Part shown: piece by piece, positions 63,691 to 64,000 of the stretch
Layout: the number at the start of each line of letters is the position of its first letter
How positions within the stretch are numbered: the stretch's first letter is position 1
Source: an uncultured bacterium
GTDB lineage: Bacteria; Planctomycetota; Phycisphaerae; UBA1845
NCBI GenBank assembly: GCA_965371245.1
Contig: CBDUXT010000022.1
Span: forward strand, 620 to 64,619
Direction: 5' to 3'
DNA length: 64,000 nt
The notes under the pieces: generated by a model
Told to the model about the DNA's origin: nothing
Databases searched by the model: none
What the model saw: only the letters and a program-made list of their open reading frames with translations
Program-made: the position numbers and the translations under genes

Positions 63691-64000
63691 TCATTCGCCT
63701 CCCACGGCCAGTTTCGAGGCCGATCCAAGCAGCCGATCCATGGTGGCGGCGGCTGCCCTCTGGTTGGCGTCGGTGACCCGGTTGTAGAACTCCATCGTCA
63801 CCATCGGGTCCGAATGCCCCAACAGTTCCGCCAGGGTTCGGGGTGGTGTTGCGTTGTCCGCGTGGTTCTGCCCAAAGGACTTGCGGAACGTGTGAAGCGT
63901 AAACGCCGCCGACAGCTCGACGCCTGCCTTACGCAGATACCCCCTCGTGTCCCGTAGCAGGTTGTTCACCATGTCCCGGTTCTGCCAAGGACGAGGTCCG
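63691..64000 (-). CDS. tyrosine-type integrase/recombinase, C-terminal part (gene continues beyond the window)
   Basis: LHTFRKSF (H-x-x-R) and LLGHSDPMVTMEFYNRV (catalytic Tyr region). Lies 85 nt from the tRNA-His 3' end on the opposite strand. Confidence 0.8.
   Translation of the reverse strand, partial: GPRPWQNRDMVNNLLRDTRGYLRKAGVELSAAFTLHTFRKSFGQNHADNATPPRTLAELLGHSDPMVTMEFYNRVTDANQRAAAATMDRLLGSASKLAVGGE

Overview
This is a high-GC bacterial chromosomal window. The phylum cannot be determined from it. The secreted beta-propeller lipoproteins and dense palindromic intergenic repeats loosely suggest Planctomycetota, but that is a guess.

Layout:
- 0-18 kb, housekeeping and envelope genes: uspA-like, lipA, tmk, holB, a polysaccharide/glycosylation cluster (methyltransferase, GT39-like, O-antigen-ligase-like, GT4, chain-length determinant), smc and an M28-PDZ peptidase.
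- 18-21 kb: a low-GC islet, a 596-aa uncharacterised protein and a transposase remnant.
- 21.1-46.6 kb, an anaerobic aromatic / acyl-CoA catabolic supercluster. The minus-strand operon reads TetR, FAD subunit, fused 2Fe2S-molybdopterin subunit, HemN-like radical SAM, XdhC, MocA. The divergent plus-strand genes read Oah/BamA-like ring hydrolase, SDR, Dch-like hydratase, Had-like Zn-ADH, an orphan single-subunit BCR/HAD-family protein with its own activase ATPase, a 1135-aa three-domain CoA-ligase fusion, thiolase, and 3-hydroxyacyl-CoA dehydrogenase/crotonase. After a terminator comes a four-gene class I benzoyl-CoA reductase in BzdNOPQ order.
- 46.6-64 kb: secreted BNR and PD40 propeller proteins, LysR, an ArsM-like methyltransferase, a two-component system, an MFS transporter, an AlbA_2 (Schlafen-like) protein, an SRAP peptidase, tRNA-His and a partial tyrosine integrase at the window edge.

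Most interesting points:
- An orphan BCR/HAD-family subunit plus activase that looks like a double-cubane-cluster (DCCP/DCCP-R) type ATP-driven reductase, embedded in the benzoyl-CoA cluster.
- The adjacent PanE-like/DUF2889-like/acyl-CoA-synthetase fusion.
- An ArsM-like methyltransferase whose conserved catalytic Cys codon is an in-frame TGA followed by a SECIS-like hairpin, making it a selenocysteine candidate.
- A tRNA-His gene lacking the encoded G-1, with G1:U72 and A73.
- At least four families of structured intergenic repeats.

All functional calls rest on motif recognition by eye. No searches were run.
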